From positions 32,001 to 96,000 of the IMG/VR virus record IMGVR_UViG_3300035501_000578: a DNA stretch of 64,000 nt; one strand, given 5' to 3'. Positions 19,252-30,727 of the stretch are shown here, piece after piece. Below the pieces are notes generated by a model that ran no database searches, was not told the DNA's origin, and saw only the letters and a program-made list of their open reading frames with translations. Position 1 is the first letter of the stretch, and the number at the start of each line of letters is the position of its first letter. Made by a program: the position numbers and the translations under genes. This DNA comes from a virus. Lineage: Duplodnaviria; Caudoviricetes.

Positions 19252-20415
19252 CTTTAATGTTTAACTTATATTATTCCCCAATATTTAAAAATTTCCAATG
19301 ATAGCCACCACATGTCTTGCGTTCACCACGGCATACTTTTAATATACCAGAACTGTCTAAGGATAAATCTTTACTTGCTTCAGTGGCATCATTAAATTGT
19401 TTATTTAATTCCAAACAAAACACAGGAGTAGTATTCCTTCTAAATGAACGTATACCTTTACTATGTTCACTCATCTTTTTCTTTGATTCTTCGGTATGAT
19501 GTCTTCCATACATACCATTGTTTTTACCAATTATTTTTTCTTTTATTTCTGGATTTGTCCATTGATTTAATGCATCAATTCGTCTGACTTCTTTTAAATT
19601 TGAATGGCAATAAGATTCTTTAATAGAATTACTAAGCTTTTTTCTTGACTCTTTGGATAGTGTATTTTTTATAAATTGACCACCTGATTTTAAATTATAA
19701 CCGCAATCTCTATCCAAAGTATTATATAGTTCTATATAATAAATTTCCCTCTGATCAAGTTCGTTTATTTCGCAAGTGTCTAATATATAAAAACTAAAAC
19801 TATCTTCACCATATTTATTCCAAGCTTTTTGTAAATAATCATTATCATGATTTCCGTGATTTAATTCACCTTTATGTCTTCTCCATCTATCATAAATATT
19901 TTTAGATTGACCAATATATTTTTTGTTTGTTACGGTATTTTCAATGCAATAAATTCCAGAAATTATTTCATTTTGCATTTACTCATCTCATTTCTGTTAT
20001 TATTTTGGGAAATAATTTTATAGGGTCGCTACGCCCTGTTGAGTTTAATTGTCCAGATTAAACTCCACTTACTTTCATAAGTAGAACAGACTATATCATC
20101 ATCCAATAAAGGATGTGTACCATTTCCATTTAAGGGGGTTTCACCCACTCACTTGAGCCGTACTTCTATTGCAGATTTCTCTGCCGATGGAATAGTCGTT
20201 GAGCCTTACCTTTCGGTCTTGGTTGCTGATTGCCCATTAAAAAAGAACAGGGGATTTAACCTCGTTCTCATACAAATAATTTTTTCTGCTTTCGCCACAT
20301 TCACGTTTATACCATTTAAGGTATTGCGTTGTAGTTTATTTGCCTTTAGGGTTTTCCAGCAGTTAGATACATATTTTTTCATACAGCTTACGCTATACGG
20401 ATACTGTAAGAGTCA
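19252..20415 (-). mobile_element. Group I intron in the major capsid gene (1,164 nt) with GIY-YIG endonuclease
   Basis: P1 GAUAU/GUAUC; P ACUGCUGGAAA; Q CAAUCAGCA; R UCAACGACUA; S UGAUAUAGUCU; P10 UCUUACA/UGUAAGA; terminal G at 19252. Confidence 0.92.
19271..19978 (-). CDS. Intron-encoded GIY-YIG homing endonuclease with NUMOD3/NUMOD1 motifs
   Basis: GIYCI...KYIGQS; MYGRHHTEESKKKMS. Confidence 0.9.
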   Translation of the reverse strand: MQNEIISGIYCIENTVTNKKYIGQSKNIYDRWRRHKGELNHGNHDNDYLQKAWNKYGEDSFSFYILDTCEINELDQREIYYIELYNTLDRDCGYNLKSGGQFIKNTLSKESRKKLSNSIKESYCHSNLKEVRRIDALNQWTNPEIKEKIIGKNNGMYGRHHTEESKKKMSEHSKGIRSFRRNTTPVFCLELNKQFNDATEASKDLSLDSSGILKVCRGERKTCGGYHWKFLNIGE

Positions 20416-20834
20416 ATATCATGGTGGTTTCCAGCGAATCTGGATACAGTAAGAAGAGAATTATCATCAACGAAAAACTCATTTGCATCGCCATCGTTGA
20501 TGTTGATTTCCTCAACATACTCCATAAATCTTGCATTTGCACTAGACCAGCCAGAGTTCATTTTATCTACGATTACATCCTCAATAAGAGTTGCAATTTC
20601 CTTATTATGATCTCTCCAAGCCTGTCTACGCTGCATCTTAGTTGCGGTCTTAAAATTAATACCTAATACTTTATCAAACTGATTTCTAAGAATAGTCTGA
20701 GTATCTTCTTTAGAATACTTTTCATATACTCTATTGCTTGCATCTAACATAAGTGAGTTAAACTCAAGCATATTTTCATATTTGTTATCAAACTGTGCTA
20801 CAGTATTTGCAGCAAAACATGTAATATCTCTCAT
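20416..20834 (-). CDS. Major capsid protein, exon 1
   Basis: Position after the protease and decoration genes; RBS AAGGAGG. Confidence 0.85.
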
Positions 20835-20853
20835 TTATTTATTCCTCCTTCCT

Positions 20854-21429
20854 TTACGCAATCTGCTTATTCTGTACTACTTCAATACGAACAAGTGTGT
20901 AATAAGTTCCAACAGCAAAACTATGAATCTTACCGATAAATCCATAAGTAGAAGCTTCTGGCTTTTCAGCCTGTGCTACCCATGCACCGTTGCCATCGAC
21001 AACTACATAAGCACCAACTTTTACAGCATCAGTAGAATCATCTGTAAACTGATAAGAAGCGATTGCAAAGATATCTTTATGAACATCTACGTCCTGAATC
21101 TGATAAGCCTTTACTGGCTTACCAGCAGCATTTGTGTAGTTATATGCCTGTTTCTGTTCTGTAGTAAGTGCCGTCTTAACATCAGCAGGAGCACCAGTGA
21201 CAGCAATCTTGTCACCTACACCAGCGATAGTTGCATAAACTTCCTGAAGACCATTACCTGTACTTTCACCGATCTTCAAAGCTACACCGTTATCTACTTC
21301 GATCTCATTTTCATTTTCATCACGCACAATTGCGTCGTATAAATTTCCGATATCAGTCGAAGCGAGGCGGCTGCTCTCGAATAATCCATGCAAATTCAAA
21401 GATTTGCCTTTTAGATTGGTATATACCAT
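20854..21429 (-). CDS. Putative capsid decoration/cement protein
   Basis: Directly upstream of the major capsid gene; strong RBS. Confidence 0.55.
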   Translation of the reverse strand: MVYTNLKGKSLNLHGLFESSRLASTDIGNLYDAIVRDENENEIEVDNGVALKIGESTGNGLQEVYATIAGVGDKIAVTGAPADVKTALTTEQKQAYNYTNAAGKPVKAYQIQDVDVHKDIFAIASYQFTDDSTDAVKVGAYVVVDGNGAWVAQAEKPEASTYGFIGKIHSFAVGTYYTLVRIEVVQNKQIA

Positions 21430-21492
21430 AATTTTTTCCTCCTTAAATTTTTAATACAATAAAAAAGACCATTCAATTAAGAATGATCAGAT

Positions 21493-22857
21493 TCAAATAA
21501 CTTTTTCTAATCTTGTCCAAGTGAGACGTGTTCCGTCTGACAGCGTTCCTGCGAATTTCCTATTTTCATCTCGAAAATAATTACTGATATTTCCATGATA
21601 TTTGTTTTGAGCTTCTTTGAAATTGTGAAATATTTCCCCTGTTTCATTACACATTACCAAAGTATTGCGTGGATGATTATATGTTTTAAGCATATGCTGA
21701 AAATTTAATTGTTTAATATCTTCAATAGACTCATTAATTACATGATTTTTTGAAGCCATATATAAATATCTTCGTATTGTAGTATCGGACAATTTAAGTT
21801 TATCTTGTAACTCGACAATACTTTTTACTCCATTATTCCATTCATTACAAATACGTTTAATTAATGGAGTATTAGCTTCAAGCAAACAATTATCCCAATC
21901 AACATTTTCTATGTCAATTATTTTTGATAATTCTGAATTAACAATATTTTTCTTGATATATTCTTCTCTATTATCAAAATTATAATTACAATCAATTCGT
22001 ATCATGACATATCCATGTTTTTCAGCTTCAATAGTTTTGAATTTATCTCTAGCTTTTGTTTCTTTTAATGTCATTCCAGATAAGTTATTATCAAAATAAT
22101 GCCATCCACCATCCATTTCAATAATATAATATTTATCATTTATTACAATTTGAAAATCATATTTATATGGTTTGATCCAGTCCGGTGAAAATTGAAAATT
22201 ATATTCAATATTTAACTGAGATAAAATACTAGACATTAATCTTTCTGGGAAACTTATTCCTGTTCCGCATTTACTACAAGACAATCCATAATTTGCAACA
22301 TAATAAATTGGAGCATAAATTTCTTCACCACAATCAGGACAAATAAAATACGTTTTTTCATGACTTAATTCTTTGTATTTATGTCCATCTTTTTTATCTT
22401 TTAATAAATTATATAATTTTTTGTTTGTTGCATAAATATCATTAACATACGGAATACAATGATGATTCATTTTTGAATAACATACTGGACAATTGCATTG
22501 TTTTCTTCCAAAAGCATTGCTAGGAATAATAGTAAATTCGCATCCACAATTATGTTTTATTTCTACTGGTGTACGATTGTTTAAGTAATTACCTATCACT
22601 TCATAATCATTACCAAATTCATCATAAAAACGTTCTTCGAATTGTTCTTGTGATAATTTTATTCCACCATAACAAATACAACAATTAATTCCATTCAAAA
22701 TATTTTTTGCAGCTTGATTGCAAATGTGCCCACACTTATTATGTTTAAGCATTATTTTATTTGTACATCCAGTATATCTACCAAGTATTGTATATTTATT
22801 TGGAAATTTCGTTTCTACTTCTTGAACAAATTCTTCATGCGTCTTATTTTTACCCAT
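21493..22857 (-). CDS. Free-standing homing endonuclease (zinc ribbons plus PD-(D/E)xK/Vsr-like)
   Basis: H..CG...C..C repeats; YDF...IIEMDGGWHY...D..K. Confidence 0.75.
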   Translation of the reverse strand: MGKNKTHEEFVQEVETKFPNKYTILGRYTGCTNKIMLKHNKCGHICNQAAKNILNGINCCICYGGIKLSQEQFEERFYDEFGNDYEVIGNYLNNRTPVEIKHNCGCEFTIIPSNAFGRKQCNCPVCYSKMNHHCIPYVNDIYATNKKLYNLLKDKKDGHKYKELSHEKTYFICPDCGEEIYAPIYYVANYGLSCSKCGTGISFPERLMSSILSQLNIEYNFQFSPDWIKPYKYDFQIVINDKYYIIEMDGGWHYFDNNLSGMTLKETKARDKFKTIEAEKHGYVMIRIDCNYNFDNREEYIKKNIVNSELSKIIDIENVDWDNCLLEANTPLIKRICNEWNNGVKSIVELQDKLKLSDTTIRRYLYMASKNHVINESIEDIKQLNFQHMLKTYNHPRNTLVMCNETGEIFHNFKEAQNKYHGNISNYFRDENRKFAGTLSDGTRLTWTRLEKVI

Positions 22858-22889
22858 AATCCTTACCTCCTTACAATTAAAAATCCCAA

Positions 22890-23123
22890 CTATTTTGAAT
22901 AGTTAGGATTTTCACGATTCATAACATATTTATTTTTTGTTTTTGGTCTTTGATTAAGATAATCTAAAAGTTCATCGCAATATAGGAACATCCAATATTC
23001 TCTATTTGTTGATGGATTAATACCTTTTGCAATATATCTTAAATGTACTTTCTCCATTAGCTCTTTCTTTAGAGTAGGAGAGTAGCAATAAAAAACCTCG
23101 CTCATAAATATTCCTCTTTTCAA
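22890..23123 (-). CDS. Small DUF5659-like protein
   Basis: FYCYS..LK..L......Y...G.NP.T...YW.F. Confidence 0.6.
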   Translation of the reverse strand: MKRGIFMSEVFYCYSPTLKKELMEKVHLRYIAKGINPSTNREYWMFLYCDELLDYLNQRPKTKNKYVMNRENPNYSK

Positions 23124-23139
23124 TTAAATTTTTAATAAA

Positions 23140-24894
23140 TTACTTCTTTAACAATCCATCTAAAAATGATGTTGTCTGCTCATTTCTGCTAAAAGCAAGG
23201 AATGACTGAGCCTTTGGTTTTTCTGTTTTAGTATCATCAGTTTTTGCAAATGTCTTAGTTGTTCTGTTTAACTTACCAAGAGCTGCGTCAGCCTTTTCAA
23301 CCAATTCATCTTTAGTAAACTGTTTTAATGTTTCTTTTGCCATAAGAGACTTAAATTCTTTTGTTTCAAGATATTCTGCATATGCATCATCAGAGAATAC
23401 AGTCATCTTATCATCTAATTTCTCTGCTTCCTCATATTTTGCTAATTTCTCAGAAATAGCAGAGTAATTAGAACGCATAGAATCAAGTTCTTCTTTTTCA
23501 GAAGCATTGACAAATTCTGCAAAAACTTCTTCACGTTCTCCATCAAATGCTACGTTATCATTATCAACAGTAAATTTCTGCTTGAAATAATTTCCAAGAT
23601 AAGACTGATAAATGAAATAATTATCATATGTTGATACAATCCAATAGCAGTCATTTAATGTTTCTTCTAATGGAGCAAGTAAGGTATAAAGAATACCTCT
23701 TAAATCTTCATGTGAAACAGAAAATGTTTTTGTAAAAGTAGTAGTATCATTTAATGAATGATCTTCTTTGTCTTTATCATCATTACAGCTATTATCTTCT
23801 TTTACGATAGTATCATCGTTTGTTTCGTCATCAGTTTCAGAATCATCATCTGTGTCGTTGTCTGCATCACTAGAACCTTCATCTGTTACAGTATCATCTT
23901 CCGGATCATCTTTCGCATCGTCCGTATTATCTTCGAATAACTCCGCAAATTTTACTTGAAGTTCTTCGTCAGACATACTTTCATAATCAAATGTGATATC
24001 TTCAACTGTTTTGTTATATTTTTCTAATAGAGATTTAAACATTACTTTGTCGTTTCCTCCTTTCTCTTGTTCATTATCTAGTTGACTTTGTGAATTTATA
24101 TTGAAATTAGATAGAGTAGTCAAAGTTATATTTAACTTATCTAATGTTTCAATTAATTTAGATTGTTCTATTTCTGAAAAATCAGAAAATAATGAATTGT
24201 TTTCTTGAGAAAAGTCTTTAAGTGTTAGACGACTTCCAGCCATACCAGGTGCATAATTAGCTCCTAATAAAGTGCAGCCTTGCACGTAAAAGTCATCAAG
24301 ATATAAGACATGCTCTGTTGCATTCCAGTGCATTTTTCTAATACACAATTCTACCGAACAGTCAACAGTCTGTCTCCTACGCAATATTTCGCAGGTATCA
24401 GTATATTCTTCATAGATTACAATATCAGAAACAACGAAATTTCTTTCATATTCTTCGTCATATTCTGTGTGTATATTTTCAGGATTTACAAAATGACCAA
24501 CTGGTAATTCCTTGTAAACAAACTTATCAAGTTCTTCATTATATTCCATTGTATGACCAGAAAAATCTTTAATAGGATTTCCGTCTTCGTCAACTTGGTC
24601 TGTCTCAATAATATCAGCCATAATAGGTCTGTCTTTGAGAGACATCATTTTTTCTTCTAATATATCTGTTTCAATATGACTTTTGTTATTATTGGTTAAA
24701 TCGTGGAATGCACGAATTTTTCCATATAATAAACCCTCAGATAAACCATCGGACAATTCAAATTTTGCATCAGTTTGTACGGCAATAGTGTATCCTGATT
24801 TTTCTTCACTAAATGTCAATGAATTCTTTTTAGAACTATAAAAATTATATAAGTCATTTATTGTCAATAACTTTTTTTGCTTTTGTCTCGGCAT
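23140..24894 (-). CDS. Prohead protease/scaffold
   Basis: N-terminal protease-like region (H, CSVEL, GCTLLG) plus an acidic coiled C-terminus; lies between portal and capsid. Confidence 0.7.
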   Translation of the reverse strand: MPRQKQKKLLTINDLYNFYSSKKNSLTFSEEKSGYTIAVQTDAKFELSDGLSEGLLYGKIRAFHDLTNNNKSHIETDILEEKMMSLKDRPIMADIIETDQVDEDGNPIKDFSGHTMEYNEELDKFVYKELPVGHFVNPENIHTEYDEEYERNFVVSDIVIYEEYTDTCEILRRRQTVDCSVELCIRKMHWNATEHVLYLDDFYVQGCTLLGANYAPGMAGSRLTLKDFSQENNSLFSDFSEIEQSKLIETLDKLNITLTTLSNFNINSQSQLDNEQEKGGNDKVMFKSLLEKYNKTVEDITFDYESMSDEELQVKFAELFEDNTDDAKDDPEDDTVTDEGSSDADNDTDDDSETDDETNDDTIVKEDNSCNDDKDKEDHSLNDTTTFTKTFSVSHEDLRGILYTLLAPLEETLNDCYWIVSTYDNYFIYQSYLGNYFKQKFTVDNDNVAFDGEREEVFAEFVNASEKEELDSMRSNYSAISEKLAKYEEAEKLDDKMTVFSDDAYAEYLETKEFKSLMAKETLKQFTKDELVEKADAALGKLNRTTKTFAKTDDTKTEKPKAQSFLAFSRNEQTTSFLDGLLKK

Positions 24895-24949
24895 TTCTTT
24901 CCTCCTTCCTTTAGTTTTTGTATATAAATAAAACTCCTAGTGGAAGGAG

Positions 24950-25138
24950 TTAAATACATAATATATTGCTATATTTGATTTTTGATTGGTCTATATCATT
25001 GGAAAATTGTAATTTGTTATTATTGATAAATGTTATCCAATCATTTGAATTATCCACTTGCTGAAATCCTAATTTAGATAGGGTAGTAGCAGTAGAAGTA
25101 TCTTTTGTTTTTAAAAACTTTTGTTTTTTATTATCCAT
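24950..25138 (-). CDS. Small hypothetical protein
   Basis: Coupled to the portal stop codon. Confidence 0.6.
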   Translation of the reverse strand: MDNKKQKFLKTKDTSTATTLSKLGFQQVDNSNDWITFINNNKLQFSNDIDQSKIKYSNILCI

Positions 25139-26685
25139 TACTTATTTCCCTTATCTTCATTTTTCCCTGCATTTCTCGTAGACTGTCCTTCTTTAGACAA
25201 CTCATCTTCTGAAACCTCTGGTCTACCACCTTCGCTAGACTGTGTATAAGTAGAAGCAAATGGAATGGCATAATCATTTAAATTAAGAGCAAGTGCATCG
25301 AATCTCAATTTATTATAAGCTACATATGGGGTATCACCCAATGCACACATATAATCCATTTTCCCAATACCAAACGCACAAGCATTTTTCTTTTCATCAA
25401 TAAAATCCTGTCTATTGAACTGAGTTTGATCAAATATTTGTAAATATAATCCATCAGTAATATTATTCTTAATCCAATAGTTTAACCATGATTCAATTCG
25501 TCTTACATAAATTGAGATTTTGCCAAGATCGTTGGCATTAGAATATTTAATACCATTTGCGTTGCTTGAATCTCCGGAACTTACAATAAGCTTATTAATA
25601 CCAGCATTAGCAAATAGATTATTCATTGCTTTATTTAATGAATCTGTATCAGCAGTTGATGTGCTACTTTCGAAATCTATTACGGTTGTGTCTTCATACG
25701 GAATCGTTCCAACTCCAACTAGGTCAGGGACAATTTCATTAAGAATTGCATCAAACTGATTTACTAATTCAAGAGATATTGCAAAGTCATCTACATTGTC
25801 ACTATTCTTCAAAAGTGGAATCTTATTAAGAATCAACTTATAATTCTGCAATTCCTCTTTTGCAACCACTAAGTTCTCAGTGTCTAATAAATTCAAAAGG
25901 CTTTTAAATATTGGCAAGAAATAGGGCAGTGGCATATAAAATTCATCATCTGTACTTGCAATTAAACACAGTGTTTTTTCAGGTGGTAGTCTAAACCATT
26001 CATAATCCCTACCATTATTTTTATATGTTTCATATCCGTCTATGAATGGATCTTTTTCCCATGTTCCAACACCATCATTATTAACACCATAGATGAAATC
26101 CGTATTGTTAGATTTATCAAAATATGCAGCGTCAAAATATACAATCCATTCGCCCTCTTTAGTTTTGCCATATATACGGCAATATTGCACATCTAATGGC
26201 ATTAGGAACATTCCTTCATTATCACTATACTGCATCCATCCAACATATATACCGTCTCTAATGGTGTTAGCAATTACGTTTTGTAATTCTTTTGCCATCT
26301 TGAAATTATGAAATGCTTTTAGTACCTTTTCATAATTTTTAAGCTGTTTTTGTGGATCATAATCTTTAGTATAATCTGCAAGCGGAGTGATGTTATATGT
26401 ATAAAGTGGCATCGTACTGAAATAAGAAATCATCTGCTTATAAAGCATTGATACTCTTGTCAAGAAACGAGATACTTCACGAATATTATCAAGGTTGGTC
26501 AGCGGAGATTGTGCATATGTATCAAGTAAATCTCTTGTATATTGTGTAAATGTTTTAGAAACTGTTTTTGAAACATTGCGCTGTAACAATTCCTGTATTT
26601 TTTCAAAACTGATTTTCTGTGCTTTTTTTCGTTCTACAGTATAATCAGATTCATTTGATTTTGTTATAATTTTTCGTTCATTCAT
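25138..26685 (-). CDS. Portal protein
   Basis: 515 aa following terminase; C-terminal GGRP motif. Confidence 0.75.
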   Translation of the reverse strand: MNERKIITKSNESDYTVERKKAQKISFEKIQELLQRNVSKTVSKTFTQYTRDLLDTYAQSPLTNLDNIREVSRFLTRVSMLYKQMISYFSTMPLYTYNITPLADYTKDYDPQKQLKNYEKVLKAFHNFKMAKELQNVIANTIRDGIYVGWMQYSDNEGMFLMPLDVQYCRIYGKTKEGEWIVYFDAAYFDKSNNTDFIYGVNNDGVGTWEKDPFIDGYETYKNNGRDYEWFRLPPEKTLCLIASTDDEFYMPLPYFLPIFKSLLNLLDTENLVVAKEELQNYKLILNKIPLLKNSDNVDDFAISLELVNQFDAILNEIVPDLVGVGTIPYEDTTVIDFESSTSTADTDSLNKAMNNLFANAGINKLIVSSGDSSNANGIKYSNANDLGKISIYVRRIESWLNYWIKNNITDGLYLQIFDQTQFNRQDFIDEKKNACAFGIGKMDYMCALGDTPYVAYNKLRFDALALNLNDYAIPFASTYTQSSEGGRPEVSEDELSKEGQSTRNAGKNEDKGNK

Positions 26686-26712
26686 TACTTAGTGATGTGT
26701 ACCTCCTTTCTT

Positions 26713-28488
26713 TTAGTATTTTGTCACTTTCTTTGGCGCACGAACTGAGAAGAGTTGGGTAGGGGAGTAGATAGGAGATTGTTTTGGTTTAAGTTTTAAA
26801 GCCAATTCTTGACACACATGATAATTCATCATTGCGGCAGAATATCTATCCTTCCTCATACCAGATTTTTCTTTGATTTTTATATTTGTTCCTTTTACTT
26901 CATGGTCTAAATTAATCAACTCATTTACAAGCAAAGAAGTTTGTATATATGGTAATTTTAACATCGCTTGTTCCCTAGAAGTAAATTTAGAATAACCTCT
27001 AACTTTTGTAATAATATCCTCTGCCTCATATTCAGAAAGTAAAAGATTTATATTTCCATTCTGAAATCCTGCTCTCAATGCAAGTGCTGCTTTAGTATTA
27101 AAATCAGCCGTAGCCTTAATAGACCAAATAACCTTATTCGCATTTTTTATACGACAACGACTAGCCATATTATCATCATTCAAACAAGTCATAGCATCGT
27201 ATGTAACTGCATACTCTGCGTCATACTGTGGTTTTGTGCAAAAGTCGTACACACCTAATCCCTGACCATTCGTATCTAAAACTAAATCTGTACACTGATA
27301 TTGATAAAATGTTCTCATTACAATAATTCCTAACTCATCAGTCGTGAGTCCTTCATAAGATTCTTCGTAAACAAAATTAGAAATATAATCATTGTTATCA
27401 GTTGGAATGGCTGAATTTATAATCAAAGCTGAAGAATCATTATTATGGCGTTTACTTGCCATTAAAGCAATATCCACAGATAATATTCTTTTTTCGTTGG
27501 TTTGTAATTCTGGAATTTTTATTTGATGATTTTTATAAATTTCAAGAGGATAAAAAGAATTTTTGATTTTCCTTCTTGCTGATATATCATCGTATTTGAA
27601 GAAAGCTCCATCTGTATCGCCATACCATTCTGCACCCATTTCCATTTTAAAAGAAAGTGGATCAAAATCAGCCTCGCTCATCTCATCCTCAACCTGTTCA
27701 CGAGATAAAAGACCTTCTTTAATCGCTAAATTGTAAGGAAGCCCACAACAAAAATAGCGTTTTGCATCATCCAACATATTTGCGTAATATGCTTGTAATT
27801 TTGAATAGCTCCAATGACTTTTAAACCACGCTGAACTCATATACATCTCGATGTTACGCTCTGTAAGATGAGCATATTCTGGATTATTTAAATATCCAGG
27901 AGAGCGAGGAGCTGTTAAGAATTTTCTTAATACAGTATTTATTGTGTTTAAATCAACCATCCGAAATTCATCTACGACTATGAGCGTGGCTCGGTTGTGC
28001 CTTGCCGAATCATTAGAACTAACTATTTTAATCCAACTACCATTTCTAAAATCCACATGAGCATTATTGATTGAAGTTGAAATATCACTTATTTCAGCTC
28101 TAAGATTAGCCGACCCCCAACTATAATTTTTCATAAAGTCATCATTTATCTTTTGAATTATTTCTAGCGATTGTGCTTTAAAACCTGATGCCACACAGAT
28201 CTTGGTTCCAGGGTAAAGTATACATCTTACAACGCAGTACAAAGAGGTCAACCATGTCTTGCCAGAGCCACGACTTGCAATATACATGAAATTTGTACTA
28301 ACCATCATCATATATATTAAAATTTTTTGGAATAGTTTAAGCCGAACGTTCAGGTAGTTACACACAAATCTTTGCGGGTTTTTTCTAAAATAAGAAGCCC
28401 AATATGCTACACCTTCAAGAACTCTTTCAGATTTTTCTTGGTAAACCTCTTGTAATGTTTTTTTGTTTTGTTTATTTTTAGAAGCCAT
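26713..28488 (-). CDS. Terminase large subunit
   Basis: Walker A ASRGSGKT; Walker B IVVDE; nuclease motifs LSVDIA and RKDRYSA. Confidence 0.92.
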   Translation of the reverse strand: MASKNKQNKKTLQEVYQEKSERVLEGVAYWASYFRKNPQRFVCNYLNVRLKLFQKILIYMMMVSTNFMYIASRGSGKTWLTSLYCVVRCILYPGTKICVASGFKAQSLEIIQKINDDFMKNYSWGSANLRAEISDISTSINNAHVDFRNGSWIKIVSSNDSARHNRATLIVVDEFRMVDLNTINTVLRKFLTAPRSPGYLNNPEYAHLTERNIEMYMSSAWFKSHWSYSKLQAYYANMLDDAKRYFCCGLPYNLAIKEGLLSREQVEDEMSEADFDPLSFKMEMGAEWYGDTDGAFFKYDDISARRKIKNSFYPLEIYKNHQIKIPELQTNEKRILSVDIALMASKRHNNDSSALIINSAIPTDNNDYISNFVYEESYEGLTTDELGIIVMRTFYQYQCTDLVLDTNGQGLGVYDFCTKPQYDAEYAVTYDAMTCLNDDNMASRCRIKNANKVIWSIKATADFNTKAALALRAGFQNGNINLLLSEYEAEDIITKVRGYSKFTSREQAMLKLPYIQTSLLVNELINLDHEVKGTNIKIKEKSGMRKDRYSAAMMNYHVCQELALKLKPKQSPIYSPTQLFSVRAPKKVTKY

Positions 28489-29546
28489 TATTCTTCGCTA
28501 CTTCCAAAAATTTTATCGAATAGAACTTCGCTATCAGTTTCCTCATCGTACTCAGGAGGTTTGACTGCGTACTTTGACATGAATTTTTCGTATAAGTTTG
28601 AAAATCTATTCTTTAAACCGAGCATTTTACAAGCATGCCCCCTATAAAAAACATCAATATAGGTTCCAATTTTATCAACATCCTCTAACTCCGGATCTAT
28701 ATCTGGAAGTGGTCTAGTTTCTTCATATTTTTGAATAAGAGTGCCTAGTGTCTGTGCGTCAGAAAATGTATCCAGCATATTTTGCTTTGGTTTTAAATTT
28801 CCAGTATCAAGCCAATCTTGATATGCTTTATCAATATCTTTTGTTGATTGACCTTTTTTCAAAGCAACTCTTTTCATAAGTTTTAAAATTGATAAGTTCT
28901 CAAAAGTTTCTTCTTGAGCCTTTTGAGAACATTCATATCTGGAAACCCAATCTTGATATTCGTTTTCAAGAAACATAAGCTCTTCATTCGTATAATCTGA
29001 ACCGAACCTTTTCTTTGCAGATTTAATAGTTTTTTGAATAATTTTAGTATTTTCCTCAGTATTATTATCTATATCTTCAATATCAAACTCCGAATCAGAA
29101 AACTTTTTTAAACGATATTGAGGCAATGATTTGATCATTACCGTAAATTGTTGAACTGCTGTAGAACGTATCTTTTCACCTGTTCCTTCAGACAAAATAT
29201 CTAATTGTGCTTTATAATCTTTATCACTGAAATACCAATTTAAACGCCTAAAAGTTTCAATCGTTTTTTCTCTATTATCAATTCTAACTCCATTTTTATC
29301 TATGTCTGTACACATATCAAGTAAACATTCTTTACAAGCATAATGCTCGATTCCACTTTTGGTTTCAGTAGAAGAGTAAAACGCTTTTGAAGTCTTCCAT
29401 TTTCCACAATGCGGACAATACACATAATCCAAATCTAAAAGCCGGTTGTAATCAGCGGCTAATTCGTTATATGCTTTTTTGACATTATTTACAGTTAATT
29501 TCTTAATCTCATCCTCGGTCTTAGCTTGTCGTAAATTAGCCATCAA
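28488..29546 (-). CDS. Putative terminase small subunit (Zn-finger N-terminus)
   Basis: Coupled to the large subunit; CPHC...CKEC. Confidence 0.55.
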   Translation of the reverse strand: MMANLRQAKTEDEIKKLTVNNVKKAYNELAADYNRLLDLDYVYCPHCGKWKTSKAFYSSTETKSGIEHYACKECLLDMCTDIDKNGVRIDNREKTIETFRRLNWYFSDKDYKAQLDILSEGTGEKIRSTAVQQFTVMIKSLPQYRLKKFSDSEFDIEDIDNNTEENTKIIQKTIKSAKKRFGSDYTNEELMFLENEYQDWVSRYECSQKAQEETFENLSILKLMKRVALKKGQSTKDIDKAYQDWLDTGNLKPKQNMLDTFSDAQTLGTLIQKYEETRPLPDIDPELEDVDKIGTYIDVFYRGHACKMLGLKNRFSNLYEKFMSKYAVKPPEYDEETDSEVLFDKIFGSSEE

Positions 29547-29587
29547 TTCACCTTCTTTCCTCTTAATCTATATAAAAAGAGAAGTAG

Positions 29588-30604
29588 TTAAGCTGTTTTA
29601 ACCACTTCTCCAAATTCAGGTATATATTCTTTCCATAAATAATTTTTGTGATATGCACGATTGCCATCACAGACTTTATTTATACTATAAATATCATAAT
29701 AATCATGATTAGCCAAATCTTCCGATTTCCATGTTCGTATATAATTCATATTCATATCGTATTGATTTATATAATATTTTCCGCAACTTCTCCTACTATG
29801 TAAAAGATATTCTTGTGAAAAATCATTCTCTTTTTCAAATTTATATCTCCAAATAAATCCATCATATGAATTTCGTTCATGCCTACAACATCTTGTAATT
29901 GAAGAAAATTTTTTGTAACTATTTTTTAAATCTAAATAATCCCATTCTTTTATTAATCTGCCATATAAGTCATATTGTAGGATTGGAATATTAAAAAATC
30001 TACTATACTTTAACATATATTGTTCAACATCAAAATTTTCTATTTTATCAAATTCGTCTTTATAAAACCAAATATATCCATTTGCTTGATGCGTAATATG
30101 TCTACAACATTGTAATATGGATCTTGCTCTTATATTATTATATGTTCTTTGAACATGAGTTGCACTTCTCCATATACGAACTACATTTCCATTAAAATCA
30201 ATTTGAACAACCTTTTCAGGATTTTTAACTTTTGACATATATTCTTTTTGTTCTTCAGTTAAAATAGTTCCTCTTGATCCACCTCCACCATCAGATAAAT
30301 TATATCCAAATTCAGGATTTTTTGAATCATACTTTGAAATCCAATATATTTCTCTGTCATCCAAATCCTTTTCTTCACATAATTCTAATATTGAAAATTC
30401 AAAATTTTCTTTACCATACTGATTCCAAGCACCTTGTAGATGTCTATTTGAATGAATTTGCTTGTTTAATTCATACTTATGATGCCACCAACGTTGTCTT
30501 ATATCTGTGCTTTGACCTACATATACTTTGCCATTAATAACATTTGTTATGATATAAATGCCACATACATTTTCATCTAATTTAGTCCATAATTTTGCAC
30601 CCAT
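29588..30604 (-). CDS. Free-standing GIY-YIG homing endonuclease with NUMOD1 repeats
   Basis: GIYII...VYVGQS; three QYD..G repeats. Confidence 0.88.
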   Translation of the reverse strand: MGAKLWTKLDENVCGIYIITNVINGKVYVGQSTDIRQRWWHHKYELNKQIHSNRHLQGAWNQYGKENFEFSILELCEEKDLDDREIYWISKYDSKNPEFGYNLSDGGGGSRGTILTEEQKEYMSKVKNPEKVVQIDFNGNVVRIWRSATHVQRTYNNIRARSILQCCRHITHQANGYIWFYKDEFDKIENFDVEQYMLKYSRFFNIPILQYDLYGRLIKEWDYLDLKNSYKKFSSITRCCRHERNSYDGFIWRYKFEKENDFSQEYLLHSRRSCGKYYINQYDMNMNYIRTWKSEDLANHDYYDIYSINKVCDGNRAYHKNYLWKEYIPEFGEVVKTA

Positions 30605-30657
30605 ATTTCATCATTTCTCCAATCTCCCCATATCAAAATATTTACATCAAAAGAGAA

Positions 30658-30722
30658 GAGAAGGGCGACTGGATATGGAGTACAGTCATTTATAGAGTTT
30701 GCAAATCTCTATTATCCTTCTC
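30658..30722 (-). promoter_or_regulatory. Structured leader upstream of the GIY-YIG gene (copy 1)
   Basis: Three-way junction plus U-tract; similar to 36490-36556. Confidence 0.55.
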
Positions 30723-30727
30723 TTGAT

